A stretch of 64,000 bases of DNA from Octopus vulgaris (lineage: Eukaryota). Location of the stretch: positions 4,650,001 to 4,714,000 of the forward strand of contig OX597837.1 of assembly GCA_951406725.2 (NCBI GenBank). Direction: 5' to 3'. Shown here in pieces: positions 44,163 through 58,236 of this stretch. The stretch's first letter is position 1, and each line of letters begins with the position of its first letter. The notes beneath the pieces are model-generated. The model searched no databases and was not told the DNA's origin. It saw only the letters and a program-made list of their open reading frames with translations. A program made the position numbers and the translations under genes.

Positions 44163-44194
<32 letters not shown>

Positions 44195-44242
44195 TTCTCT
44201 ATGTATGTCTGTACATACTTACATATATATACATATATAGTA

Positions 44243-44281
<39 letters not shown>

Positions 44282-44689
44282 GGGGAGAAAGAGAGAGGGA
44301 GATAGAGTGAGTGAAATTTCTGACTGTGAGAGATAATATATATTTCATAATAAATCATAATTACATTATCATACTGCCATCAAATTTCCTCAGCGTCAGA
44401 GAACAGCCTGCTGAAATTTCGATTACGATATTTTCCTATTATTTTTTTATGAATTACGTCTGCTCATCACCAAGGAAATAGATTCTTTCGGTATTTTGAC
44501 ATGAAATTGCCTTATTATTGCTAATCTCTGAGAAAGAAATACACTAGTCTAGAAAAAGTATCTTTAGAACCGATATTTCGTCTGATAACGACATTACGAC
44601 GTTTGACTGTTTGCTCATTATTTTTTCACCATCTATTTGAGATGAGATTTTGTCATATGTGTTTTTCTAATAAGAAGTCACGTGAATAA

Positions 44690-44750
<61 letters not shown>

Positions 44751-44954
44751 CAAAATAAGCAACAAGGCTATCCAGAGGTAATGCAGTACGGTCGTTTCAT
44801 GGATATCATTGTTGCTTATATTGATTATAATCACCCCATTTGGAATTATATGGATAATACAATACTAAATACTGATTCAGCGTACATAAAGAAACATGTG
44901 ACTTTTTCTTTCCACAAACCACATGATACAAGTGAAGTTGGAAGATAAACAGCA

Positions 44955-45348
44955 CATGACTTCTGGTCGAGTAACCCATCCCGCTCAAAAGGTCCCTGAA
45001 TAAGGGTTGTTTAAAGATGTTGAACGAAATACCCATATTTCTAGAGGTCAATTATTCAAACCCCAAATAATCCCTCTCAACACACGGCTATGATGCTCCC
45101 CACTACTTCTCGTGATCAGAGATGCACATATCGGTAGCCACTAAGGAACGTGGTCAACTGGTTAAGGTTAAACACCTGCCAAGCAAATCTGTGGTATTGA
45201 GCAGAATATTTGCTGTAGCCCATCTTTTATATCAAGACAAAAGCAATGTACATGATAACACTTCCAATCAGTTAAAATCAGAAGCCACAAGAGCCACAGC
45301 CTAGTACTACATCAGGGCATTTATTATTATCATTATTATTATTATTAA

Positions 45349-45392
<44 letters not shown>
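44955..45392 (+). mobile_element. probable LINE 3' UTR ending in (ATT)n
   Basis: Unique-looking sequence running into an (ATT)n tail. A partial reverse-complement homolog lies at about 54862-54960. Confidence 0.45.
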
Positions 45393-45393
<1 letters not shown>

Positions 45394-46221
45394 AAAGCGT
45401 TAGAATATATATAAAATGGAACGCAAACTTATGAGCATATGTTATTAGTTAGCATACATCTTCCCATTAGCTGTATACAGTGAACGTGCTGAAACCTGTG
45501 TATGCTCGCACGCATCTCAGTATATTTGTATCTACCATGCGCGCGTATGTCAGAGCGTTTATGCGTCTGTTTATATGATAATTCTTACCTATTTCACTGT
45601 CTGAAATGTATAAGACAATGGAATATATTCCGATTGTCTCTAATGCATATATCGTGTTTTCCAGATGAAAAGATCAGATTTAAGTAAGGCTGTCACCATT
45701 GAAGCTCTCCAACAATTATATCGGCTACGTAATCAACAATAAAGCTACGGTCATTCAAAAGACTTGCATATATTTATCTGCCTCCTATTATTTCAATCTT
45801 GCTTTCATTCTTCTTGAGTAACTCAGCTTTGAATATGGTTATTTTTCTATAATCACGCATGGTGAAAAATGGCGTCGTTGGTGGTAGGTTTTCGACAGAA
45901 CAATCGTTGGTTCGCTGTATGTGAGACGCTGTGAGGAGAGGAATAAGGATGTTCCTCCGTGAAGTCGGTCTTAATAAGGACAGAAAGCAAATATTTTTTT
46001 TTGTCACCGGGGTTTCGCACTAATTTACTCGCTGCTCTGTGTACTTTCCTCCACCTTAGCGAACAGCCACACTCGTATATTCATAGACACACACACACAC
46101 GAACATACACGAACACACATGCACACACACATATACACACGCACGCACACACACACAAACATACTTTAAAAGACTTATTAATCTGAAAAATTATGTACTG
46201 AGTCCATGAAAACTTGACCAA

Positions 46222-46930
46222 ATCGCTCCCCATAGCAGTGCCTCGAATTTGGAGGTAGTTTTTTCCGTTAAAAAAGAATGCATTGTTTTCGAGGATAAGG
46301 TTGACCGCGTTTAGAATGAAGGTTACAGTAAATCTACCGGGAATCAGTTCTGTATGTTTCTCGAACCAATATTTTATGGCAGTAATTCCCAAATCATGTG
46401 AAATGTTCGTATATAAGTTTGTTACATCAAAACTAATATTGAATTGGATTCTGTTGTTTTGAGCAGATGTGACAGGAAATCGATGATGTCCCGAAGGAAA
46501 CAGAGTATGTGACTACATAGTGGTTTTAGGATAAGGTCAAGGAGGTTCATCAGACGATTATGTTTTGGTTGTTTTGCTAAATTTTTCTTGAGAACATTTC
46601 TTAGTGGTAAGACCATAGCGGATCTATTTCTAGTATAAGGGTGTCCACATAGTGGTTTCCCTCTAATATGTATAAAGCGAATTAAGTAATTCTTTACCTT
46701 AATGTTAAACATTTTATATATACCTTTATATATTCGTTTTGCAAGATTCTTGATGTGTGTGTGTGTTGAAACAGATATTGTTGTATTTGGGGATGGTCAT
46801 GTTGCCAGTTTAGTCAATAAAAACACACGCACTATATATTTGATGTTCATTTGCTTCAGCTTTATGTTAATCGTATTTCGGCCACAGTTCTTTCGTCACA
46901 CTTCTGTGACCTCATCAGTGGTCCTTTGCT
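46222..46930 (-). mobile_element. Penelope-like element fragment: reverse transcriptase plus upstream HHR-like motif
   Basis: Minus strand reads LLDLILKPLCSHILCFLRDIIDFL...ILV(fs)DVTNLYTNISHDLGITAIKYW...LILENNAFFFNGKNYLQIRGTAMGS (PLE RT motifs). ctgatga-ggtcacag...ctgtggcc-gaaa lies at about 46875-46918. Confidence 0.85.
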
Positions 46931-47024
46931 TTCTTCTTTCTATTTTGTGTGTCTTTCCTTATTAATGATCAGCAATTTTGTATTCCTATTGTATTGTATG
47001 TCTGCTAATTCATGCTTAGTTTAA

Positions 47025-47392
47025 GATCTGCTTCTACTACAGTTTCCAGCTGATCATTATCCACCTTGGTCTCAGGTCTACCACGGGGATGAATTTTAAG
47101 AGTAAAGTCACAAGACCGGAACTTCTCGAAACACCGACGTATAGTGTCCTCAATCACCACATCCTCACCAACACATCGTTGCTGTTTCGAGCTCTCTGAG
47201 ATGAATTGATCCCACGACGAAACTCATATTCAAAAACAATGCGAATTTTTTATTTGTCCGTGGGTTCACAAAAAATTGATTCACCACAGAAAACTCACAA
47301 TGTAGTAAGACACCATGAATTGCACTTCGAAAAGTGAAGATGTAACTCTTCAATGTTGTAAAACAAAGAATTGTCAGCCTAAAACATAATAG
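47025..47392 (-). mobile_element. mariner transposase N-terminal (HTH) remnant
   Basis: Minus strand, frameshifted: KIRIVFEYEFRRGINSSQRARNSNDV..GEDVVIEDTIRRCFEKFRSCDFTL..PRGRPETKVDNDQLETVVEAD. Confidence 0.8.
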
Positions 47393-47541
47393 GTACTTAT
47401 TATATATTGATCATTCATTTTTATATTTTTTGATATCTAGTTATAAGTTATATGTTTTATAAACATATATATCATTTGTTATTTATATTTTGGTTTATGT
47501 CTATCACTGTTTGAGCTGCATAATAGTGGTTTTATCTCTAA

Positions 47542-47604
<63 letters not shown>

Positions 47605-47640
47605 CATATAAACATGTATGCTTACATATACATATATATC

Positions 47641-47692
<52 letters not shown>

Positions 47693-48039
47693 GAGAGCGA
47701 GAGATTTATACTTACATATGTAAGTATCGATGTCCTAGAAATTAAAACAGAAACAACAAAAAGATGAGGTACTGAAAGAACAAAATGATCGATGAGTATA
47801 GAAAAATATTGGAGGCACAAAAAAAAAAAACTGTCAGAATCAAACAATGAGAACATGCTGAAAACACCATAAGAGGAAGCAGCAGGTTTGAGGCGTGGGT
47901 GGAAAGAGTGACCTGGCAAATACGTGTCAGTGCGCATGTGTCTGCATGTGCATATGTGTGGTGTATGGTCACGTGCAAGCATGTGTATGCGAGAAAGTAT
48001 TTTCAATTTTCTTTTTCTCATACAAGAATATATATGTGC

Positions 48040-48098
<59 letters not shown>

Positions 48099-48667
48099 CA
48101 AACGCACACATGCGTTTATATAAGTACATGTGTATGTGTGTATGTATGTGTGCACGTGCGTGTGTGTCTGTATGGTCGTAGATATGTATGTGTCTGTGCC
48201 TACGTTTATATGTGACTGTGCCTTCCTGTTGTACTTTCGATATATATATATATCAGTCCATCTAAATGTATATATCTGTCGTTACCTTTCATAAAAAAGC
48301 CTTTTCTTTTTTTATTTACAATGTGAATTTTCGTTGATTTTTTTTTTACTTTCCACTGACATTTCCACGTGACGTGTAGTTTCTATTTTCTTTTTGTAAC
48401 ATATTTCTATTATATATATATATAGTTGTTCAACCCGCGAACATTTTTCCATAAGAGTATTTTCTATTCTGGTGAAATTTAATATGCCAGTGCCACGCTT
48501 GGGAATATATTCCGAGGAATCTTTATTAAGCCATATTTCAATTGGCATCAATGCTGATTCTTTTGCACTTCCCCAATAATTCGCTATTCCTACTCACATA
48601 CACATGTCTGTGTGTTATGTATGTATGTATGTATGTATGTATGTATGTATGTATGTATGTATGTATG

Positions 48668-48734
<67 letters not shown>

Positions 48735-49862
48735 GTATATAGATAGACACATATATATGTATTTTAGTGTGTGCGTCTCCATACATATGTATATGTATAG
48801 ACATACGTATGTATGCGTGTATAATAGCATGTTTGTAATATTTCTTTCCCGTAGATTCCTTGAGGCATGTTTTATTCACACTAGCATTGGTCAATGCAAG
48901 GCTATAAGTCACAAGACACTTTCTCAAAATAATGCACCTCGAGATCGGACATTCAATGTTTGACATAAACAAAATTATTTTCTCTGAAGAATATCGTTTC
49001 ATTCAAACATCTTAGCAGCCTTGTGTGAATATATTGTAAACGCTGATACATATCTCCCTGAGATGCAATTCACTTTAGAAAATATGAATTTTGGGAGTTT
49101 AATAAAAAATGAATATCCTTGTTCAGTTTAAAGGATTAAAGTAACTTTGATATTTAGAATTAATAGAAGGGCTTTGAACTTAATATAAACATGCTAACAG
49201 GGACAACTTTGCAGCGAAGAACCAGTGAGAGTTTCAGAAATGTATGCATCAAAACAGCTCAACAATATAATCTGAAACCTATTAAACCATCGGCTACTTT
49301 GCAATATTTCACAATATTACAAAACCACAATACTTTATTCCCAAGGTTCACGAAAACAATTCTATAAAATCGCCAATGAGAAATATGTACTCCAGAAACG
49401 CTAGATATAACTGTACATTAATGGAATTTATACTAGGGTTACGACAGATGAAGGAGATGTAAGATAAATTTCTTTTAGAACCAAAATCCCCCTGCTGTGT
49501 TATATTTTTGTTTGAAAAGATGCAGCTTACTTCATTCAATCAATCGAATGTGTGTGGCATAATTTCAAGGAGATTTGGTTCTATATTTTAACACATCATT
49601 CACTTTGTGCTAAAATGCTTATGAACTTTTTGATGTAATATATCTCATAAACTTTTGCCTAAACCTCTAACATGAATATTATATTGCGTGGGAATGCTCT
49701 TCGCAGAGCTGTTTTCAAATAATAATCTCGGAATATTGAATTTATACAGCAACATGTCCATCTGAGAGAATATGTTATCGATAAATTATTCTGGAATAGG
49801 TCAATAATAATTTAATAATGTTTTCAAAAATAATATTCCAACGCCAACAGAATTTAGTACTG

Positions 49863-49911
<49 letters not shown>

Positions 49912-49915
<4 letters not shown>

Positions 49916-49985
49916 AGAGTAAGTACATAAATGCGAAACAAGGTGGAAAAAATAGTACTCGAATACCAGGGGTAAAGCAATACAC
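49912..49985 (-). mobile_element. 3' terminal fragment of HHR element family C in (TA)n
   Basis: Reverse complement of 61650-61720 (ctggtatt.gagtact.ttttttccaccttgtttc.catttatgt..ttactc.ggt-(TA)n). Confidence 0.65.
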
Positions 49986-50400
49986 ACTGGGATCGATATA
50001 ATCGACTAAATCCGTTTGTCTGTCCTTGCTTGTCTTCTTTATGTTTAGCCCCTTGTGGGTAGTAAAGAAATAGGTATTTCGTTATGTCTTTATGTTCTGA
50101 GTTCAAATTCTGCCGAGGTCGATTTCGCTTTTTATTATTTCGAGGTCGATAAAATAAGTACCAGTTTTGCTTACTGGGATCAATCTAATCGACTGGCCCC
50201 CTCTCCCAAAGTTTCGGGTCCTGTGCTTAGAGTGGAAAAGAATCGTTAGCACACCGGGAGAAATGCTTACCACTATTTCATTCTTTGCTTTTCATCCTTT
50301 TGGGGGTTCATAAATCAAGTACCAGTCAAGTACTGGGGTCGATGTGATCTATTGCCCTCCTCCCTACTAAAATCCAGGCCTTGTACTTTTAGTAGAAACG
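49985..50400 (+). mobile_element. SINE family 2 cluster (tandem/nested)
   Basis: Same pieces as 889-1495 in the opposite orientation. Confidence 0.75.
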
Positions 50401-51096
50401 ATTATTATATATATTAGTAATAGAAGAAGCACCACCGACAACAATAACAGCAATAGCGGCAGCAAGACAGTTGAAATAATTTATATGCAGATGTTCAACA
50501 CATGGTAAGGAATGTCTGTTTACTTCTTTTCATTCAGCTACAAATTCGGTTTGTTTCTTTTTCTATTCTTTTTTTTATATATATATCTTTCATTTTTTCT
50601 TTCCATACTATTTTACTGTACCGTAATTTGGGTGTCAAGCCTAACAGAACCGCAATGCAATTTACAGGTTATTTATTGGCTTGTTGTGTTTCTCAACCTG
50701 AAAGCGATTAGAAAATATTTGTGAAGGCGTAGTCTTTTATTCTTGTATCCTTTCTGTCTGTCTTTTACGTGTTTCAGTCACTCTATTGCGACCATACTGG
50801 AGCACCCGCTTCAAGAAGTTTATTTTGATTTCACGCTTGATACTTATTTTATCGCGGTGGACGTAAACAGACCAACACTGAATGTCAAGTGGTGGCTGGG
50901 GACAAACACAGGTACAAAGACACACGCACACAGACAGGCATACACACTCACACATAGATACATGCATACAACGGGCTTTTTTCAGTTTCCATCCTCTAAA
51001 TCCACTGACAAAAGTTTGGTCGGCTCGCGGCTATACTAGGAGACACTTGCCCATACTGCCATGCATGTGATTTTGAAGGCAGCTTCTTACCACACG

Positions 51097-51149
<53 letters not shown>

Positions 51150-51151
<2 letters not shown>

Positions 51152-52592
51152 TTTCAATGTGTACAAATAACACGGAAAAAATAAAAAATAGTTACCAGGA
51201 GAGCAAAATTTCGCATAAGTGCCAAGGATGTTGCAGTCACTTATAAAGTTAGAAATTCCAGGGTTTAGTGAAATGTTTTTGAATTAACATGGATAAATTA
51301 AGAAATGGAGTTAAACGAAGGTAATCTCTGGTGAGACCTGCTTTGTTGTGTGCGAACCAGACTGCTTTGTTGAGTACAATTGGGTTAATAGAGGAACAGT
51401 AACTAGAAATGTCGTACTGGATAAACTTCTTTATGTTAATGGAATTAAACCAGTCCCTTTTTACATTGTAAGAGTTAATCTAGAACTTTTAAGGATAATT
51501 ACCCTAATAACAAGGTATGTTCTAGTAAAACTGTTTGGTTGATAATTCCATATGGTAACCAGATCAAATCCAACCTCCTTAACCAAAAATTCAAAACGCC
51601 ATTCCATTATCAATTGACACCGCATTAGAATAGTGTTTTCAAACAACAAAATGCTTTCACAAATCATCTCTTCGCATAACAATAAAGTTTTAGATACAAA
51701 TCCACTTAATGAAAATAACATTGATTTTATTAGCACTAAACATTCTTTCATCAATAATAACAACAATATTAGTATTTCTGATATAAATTCTAATCCCATT
51801 CGTTTATTAGCAGCAATTCTAAGCCTATAAACACTGTTTATCAATGTAAAATTAATTCCAGTTCCGATGTCTTTTTTTTTTACATCGGTAGTTCTTTATT
51901 TCAGTTGTCGAAAAGAATATCTAACCATTACTCAACATTTAGACATAATAATAAACGCAACAATACTGGGCTTAGTAAATTAATTTTGTCTCTAAAGGAA
52001 TATAATAAACAACTTCATTTGGAATGGAATATTCTGTCTACATCCTTTCCATATGATAACGGTAAATCTTTTTGTTTGTTCTGTAACGAAGAACAATATC
52101 TCATTCTGTGCTCGGAGAATTCTCTTGTAAACACGTTTAAAGAACGCATTTCTCGCTGCCAACATCGGCAAAAACATACCTTTAGTTCCTTTAAGTAATT
52201 TCTAATAATCTATAAAATTCGACCTTTAACTGTCTTCTTACATTTCTTTTCCACTACACATATACATTTCCACGATTTTAAGCTTTATTCCCATTCATCT
52301 ATCACACTATATTTCTCCACTCTTAATTTTCTGTTAATTTCTTTCTTTCTCCCCCTTCTGTTTCTTTAAATTGACTTAGACACTAAATATATTAACGGTT
52401 TTTTAAAGAATTAACTTGCCAGCGTTCCCCCTTTTCATATACGCGATAATCACATTCAGTTAAAATGGATTATTGGTTTGTTTCTCTTTTTTTTTCCCTG
52501 GGGAGATGTTTGAATTGTTTTACATCATTTTATTCCCTCCGGAATATTTTCAATGTCTTCTTCGAAACATATGTCAGGATATAACGATTTGA
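51150..52592 (+). mobile_element. Penelope-like element (Naiad-like endonuclease) with inverted 5' segment
   Basis: Plus strand 51480-52198 reads TVWLIIPYGNQIKSN...IRIVFSNNKMLSQIISSHNNKVL...YIGSSLFQLSKRISNHYSTFRHNNKRNNTGLSK...EWNILSTSFPYDNGKSFCLFCNEE...ISRCQHRQKH*. Minus strand 51324-51478 is an RT piece WFNSINIKKFIQYDISSYCSSI..LNKA. An HHR remnant lies at about 52495-52580. Confidence 0.85.
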
Positions 52593-53044
52593 ATATATGT
52601 ATGTATGCATGCATATATCAAGGGTTGGACAGAAAGTAATGGAAATAGGTTAGACGAAAGCAGAGCAAACGGGAAAGTAAGCGAAAGCTTAACGGACGGG
52701 AAATTTAGACAAATAGACGATACACGGAGTATTCGCAGCTGAGTTTTACTCGCCAGTCAATGAGCCAAAATATCCTGGTGGTTAGGCGCCGTATATGTAG
52801 GTATGTATGTATGAATGTATGCATGTAATATTATTGTACCTTCGTGCAGAAAATGTAGAACTGATTAAGAATTGCTTGGTTCGCACCCGAGACAAACGAT
52901 AAGAATTAGGATAAGATAAAATGAAATTAGGCAATTAATTAAGATAAACTCAAATCAGGCGATCATACTAATGCAAATATAAGTTCGACTTAAAATGCGC
53001 ATACATATATTAATATATATCGACACGTTTTACTCATTTCTCTC

Positions 53045-53507
<463 letters not shown>

Positions 53508-53987
53508 GAATATGAATATTTTTTTAAATACTTATAAAATATAGATATAAATATACATAAAAATACATGTAAATAAGACCCGTGTGGGATTCGTATAAAA
53601 AGAAGCGTGAGGAAAAGAGAACCGATAAAACTTTTGTTGTACTAAAATAAAGAGCCTTTTACAGTTTCAGTTAGAAGATCTATAGATATCAATATGTTCT
53701 TTTTAAATATATAAATAGTATATGAGGTATATAGTACAGTTCCTGGAAGTCCACTTTCTACGGCTGTTTCCAGAGTTCGTGTCCAAGTGGTAAAATTAGT
53801 AAAAATTTTACAAACCATGCGGACAATGTCCCTTTCGTCAGGAAAGGGATCCTTCATGATGAAGGGGACTACGTTTGGGTTACACATGTCTTTGGAATAC
53901 TCAGACACTTGCACGTTAATTTCATGAGCAGACTGTTCCGTTGTTCTGATCAGCTGGAACAGGCATCGTCGAAATCGACGGAGTACC

Positions 53988-54080
<93 letters not shown>

Positions 54081-54135
54081 CATATATATACATATATACA
54101 CACACACACATATATATATATATACACACACATAT

Positions 54136-54235
<100 letters not shown>

Positions 54236-54563
54236 AGGAAAGTTAACATAGGCGCATGTTGGTAGAGGTATGTAAATGGCTCTAAAAATTCCAGGAACTA
54301 AAAGCCTGGTGATAGTGATTTGTAGATATCGTCGAATGCTATCCTTGGTATTTAGTATTTCGAAAACAAAAACGATTTTCTCAAGATTTCGCGATATTTG
54401 TTGTTTTGTCTATTATATCAGTTTCATCATTCTTCCTGTCAACAAGTTGTGCTGTGATTACTTATCTTCCATCTGCCAAATCAACCCAAAACATCTCCAC
54501 CGTATATTCTCTGGTTGAAATCTGAATCAATTATCATTCACTACTGTTCGAGAGCTGCGCAGA

Positions 54564-54619
<56 letters not shown>

Positions 54620-54755
54620 TTGAGGTGGGTATCCACAGTGATATATATATATATATATATATGTATACATAAGCACACTGAAAAACATACGCACGCACAC
54701 ACACACACTCAGCACACGCATACACACACACAAACACATACACACACGCGCATAC

Positions 54756-54803
<48 letters not shown>

Positions 54804-55602
54804 ACATATACACGACGTCTACCAAATCCACTCACTTTCCGTTCACCAAATCCACTCACTATGTCGCTTAGTGGTAACATTACCTGCATCTCTGACCTTG
54901 ATCAGGAGTAGTGAGTGAGTATAATAGCCATATGTTGAGAGGGATTCTTTGGGGTTTAATTAACTGTAAGAAAAGTAATGTTTGAAGAAGATATTAGACG
55001 TTTTTACTAATTCTTAAGGATAATCAAATAGGAAATAACAGCTGCTACTCAAGGACAGAAATCGTGTTAGACATGAAAAATTAAGAAGCTATTAATAATA
55101 TCATTAAAATATTGCAAACAAGGGCAAATGTGTATCACAAAACAAAAAGATAAGATTTCGTGGCAAAAATGGCGATTTTCCTGGCGTAAATGTAACACAA
55201 AAGAAAGACAAAAAGAAAGGAAGAAGTAATTGTGGAAAAGGAGGGAGAAACTAAGCGTTGTCTGAGAGTCAGGTACACGCATGAATATTCTGTATTTGTG
55301 GATTAACAAAGCTATCAATCGATTCGAGTTGAATAATAAGCGCAATTCTTCAAGTTGGCCACTTAAAATTCTCGTAATCGCTTGCATTTTGGATGGCAAT
55401 TATAACTATGAGGTTGTAAAGGGAGCTTTTTAACCACATAACTCATGCTTGACAAGTTTGCTTTTCATTATTGCCTGCTCTTTCTCTGTCTATCTCTCCG
55501 AGTTTCTCTCTCACTCTGTCTCTTTCTCCCTCCTTCTCTCTCCCTCTCTCCCTCTCTCTGTATATATACACATAGATATGTGAGAAGCTACGATAAACAC
55601 AA

Positions 55603-55805
55603 AGGCGACCAGCTGGCAAAGTCGTTAGCACGCCGGGCAAAATGCTTAACGGCAGACATTTCGACTGTACGTACTTTCAAATTCCGCTGAGATCGACTTT
55701 GCTTGCCATCTCTTCGACGTCGTTGAAATAAGTACCAGTTACGTACAGGGGTCCACTAGGCCCCGCTCCCCCAAAATTTCAGACTTTGTGCCTATAATAG
55801 AAAGG
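55603..55805 (+). mobile_element. SINE family 2 copy
   Basis: Head ggcgaccagctggcaaagtcgttagcacgccgggc plus the family core. Confidence 0.75.
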
Positions 55806-55853
55806 GTCATAAATTCCTGCGTACATTTCTGCAAGCAACCGTTCGTTATTACA

Positions 55854-55933
<80 letters not shown>

Positions 55934-55937
55934 GTCT

Positions 55938-56160
55938 TTCACTCTTTTACTTGTTTCAGCCATTTGACTGCGGCCATGCTGGAGCACCGCCTTTAGTCGA
56001 GCAAGTCGACTCCAGGACTTATTCTTTAGAAGCCTAGTACTTATTCTATCGGTCTCTTTTGCTGAACCGCTAGTTTACGGGAGCGTAAACACACCACCAT
56101 CGGTTGTCAAGCGATGTTGGAGGTTATAAACACAAACACAAACACATACACACAGATGCA

Positions 56161-56211
<51 letters not shown>

Positions 56212-56312
56212 TTATACGACGGGCTTCTTTAAGTTTCCGTCTACCAAATCCACTCACAAGGAACTATGTGGTTGGTAAGCAAACTACTTATCACACAGCT
56301 ACTCCTGCGCCT
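55938..56312 (-). mobile_element. SINE family 1 with internal deletion
   Basis: The match jumps from ...ccactcacaagg directly to ggaactatgtgg. Confidence 0.85.
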
Positions 56313-56324
56313 ATATATATACAA

Positions 56325-56357
<33 letters not shown>

Positions 56358-56366
56358 CAGGGAAAG

Positions 56367-56400
<34 letters not shown>

Positions 56401-56789
56401 TTATATCATTCACCGTTTGAATATTTTGGGGGCAATATGAAATGTAAGTTTGAAGAATATGCTTGTCTTTCTGTTCTTTCTCTTTTCAAAAATGTTCGTA
56501 AATGATTCGTGCACAAACGGCTGCTCAAAACTGACGTTTTATAATTATTTTTTTAATTTCATTTCTTGTTCTTTGGTAATATTATATACATTTAAAACTT
56601 CATAATAATGAAGTTACTCAAAGAACTTTACTTAGGAAATTACGTCATTGTTTAAGAAATGTTTTCAAGTAATACTTTCTACGAAAGACATTCAATTAGA
56701 AATTTTAATTAATATTTTCAAAAAACGTGAATGTATTTGCACGTATTTTTGATGGAACCCGTTCACATGCATATAAATAAATAAATAAG

Positions 56790-56837
<48 letters not shown>

Positions 56838-56981
56838 TGTATACACTCCCATAACTACATATATACATGCTTCATATAAACATACAGTTTTATACATACA
56901 CATACCCACACATATTTACAAAACATATTTCCAGATCAATAGGTACGTATTTATCTCTCTCTCTCCCCACTTTCTACCCCC

Positions 56982-57020
<39 letters not shown>

Positions 57021-57272
57021 ATGATAAAGGGTAAAATTAATTAATCAATTGATAATTAATAATTTTACCAAGTAGTTCGGTGTGTTAAAAGAACCATTAT
57101 CGGTAAACTTATACAAAATTCTATAATTATAAGCATAATTATAATTAGGGTTCAGGAAAAATTGCTTCACCACATAGCGAAATTTAGAAATAGCAGCTAA
57201 ATGCTCTTCTACCACCATACTGTCTGGGAGATATCTTATGGTAGTGGAATAGTATTTAACTGCTATTTCTAG
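57021..57272 (-). mobile_element. short element family F with a different fold-back point
   Basis: Homologous to 41111-41348. Hairpin arms at 57185-57219 and 57237-57271. Confidence 0.7.
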
Positions 57273-57511
57273 AAAACTTATCCAAGTGATCAGTTTTGCT
57301 GAAGCTCTATCGCTAACTTAAAGGGACGTAAAGAAACCTACCTCGGTTGTCAAGAAGTGGGGAGATGCCAAACAAAAGCTCTCACCCTCGCACGCACGCA
57401 CGCACGTACACACACATATACAAACGCGAACAAACACACAGACAGCAGAAACACATGCAAAGAGAAAAACACACACCATCAAACACAAACACACACACAC
57501 ACACACATACA

Positions 57512-57575
<64 letters not shown>

Positions 57576-57911
57576 CAATAGGCTTCTGCACAGTTTCCGT
57601 CTACGAAATTCCCTCACTATTAATTGGTCAGCCGGGAGCTCTAATTGAAGACACTTGTTTTATTGCGTCACGTAGTGGGTTTGAACCCAAAACCACGATT
57701 TTGCGGAGAGAGCTTCTTACCCCACACAATCATTCCTGCGTCTAATAAAAGAAAATTAAATGTCTCCCATTAAATCTGTTGCCGTTCGTGCTTCTCCATT
57801 CCGCTTCTATATAACTAATGCACGTTCTTCTCCACATGCACTTAGCCACAGAATTTTCGCATGTCGTTGTAGAAAGTGTGAATAGCACCTGATGGCAAAA
57901 TAAAATAACGG

Positions 57912-57946
<35 letters not shown>

Positions 57947-58236
57947 AACCACCACCACCACCACCACCACCACCACTACTACTACTACCACCAGCACCTC
58001 TACTACTACTACTACTACTAATACTAATACTACCACCACCATTACTACTACTACTACTACCACCACCACCACCGCTACTACCACCACCACCATCACCATA
58101 CTACTACTACTACTACTACCAACCACCACCACCACTACTACTACTATTACTAATACTACTACTACTACTACTACTGCTACTACAACTACTACCATCACCA
58201 TCAAGACCACCACCACCATCTCCACCTCCACCACAA
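57912..58236. repeat. (CTA)n/(CCA)n compound microsatellite
   Basis: Directly visible. Confidence 0.93.
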
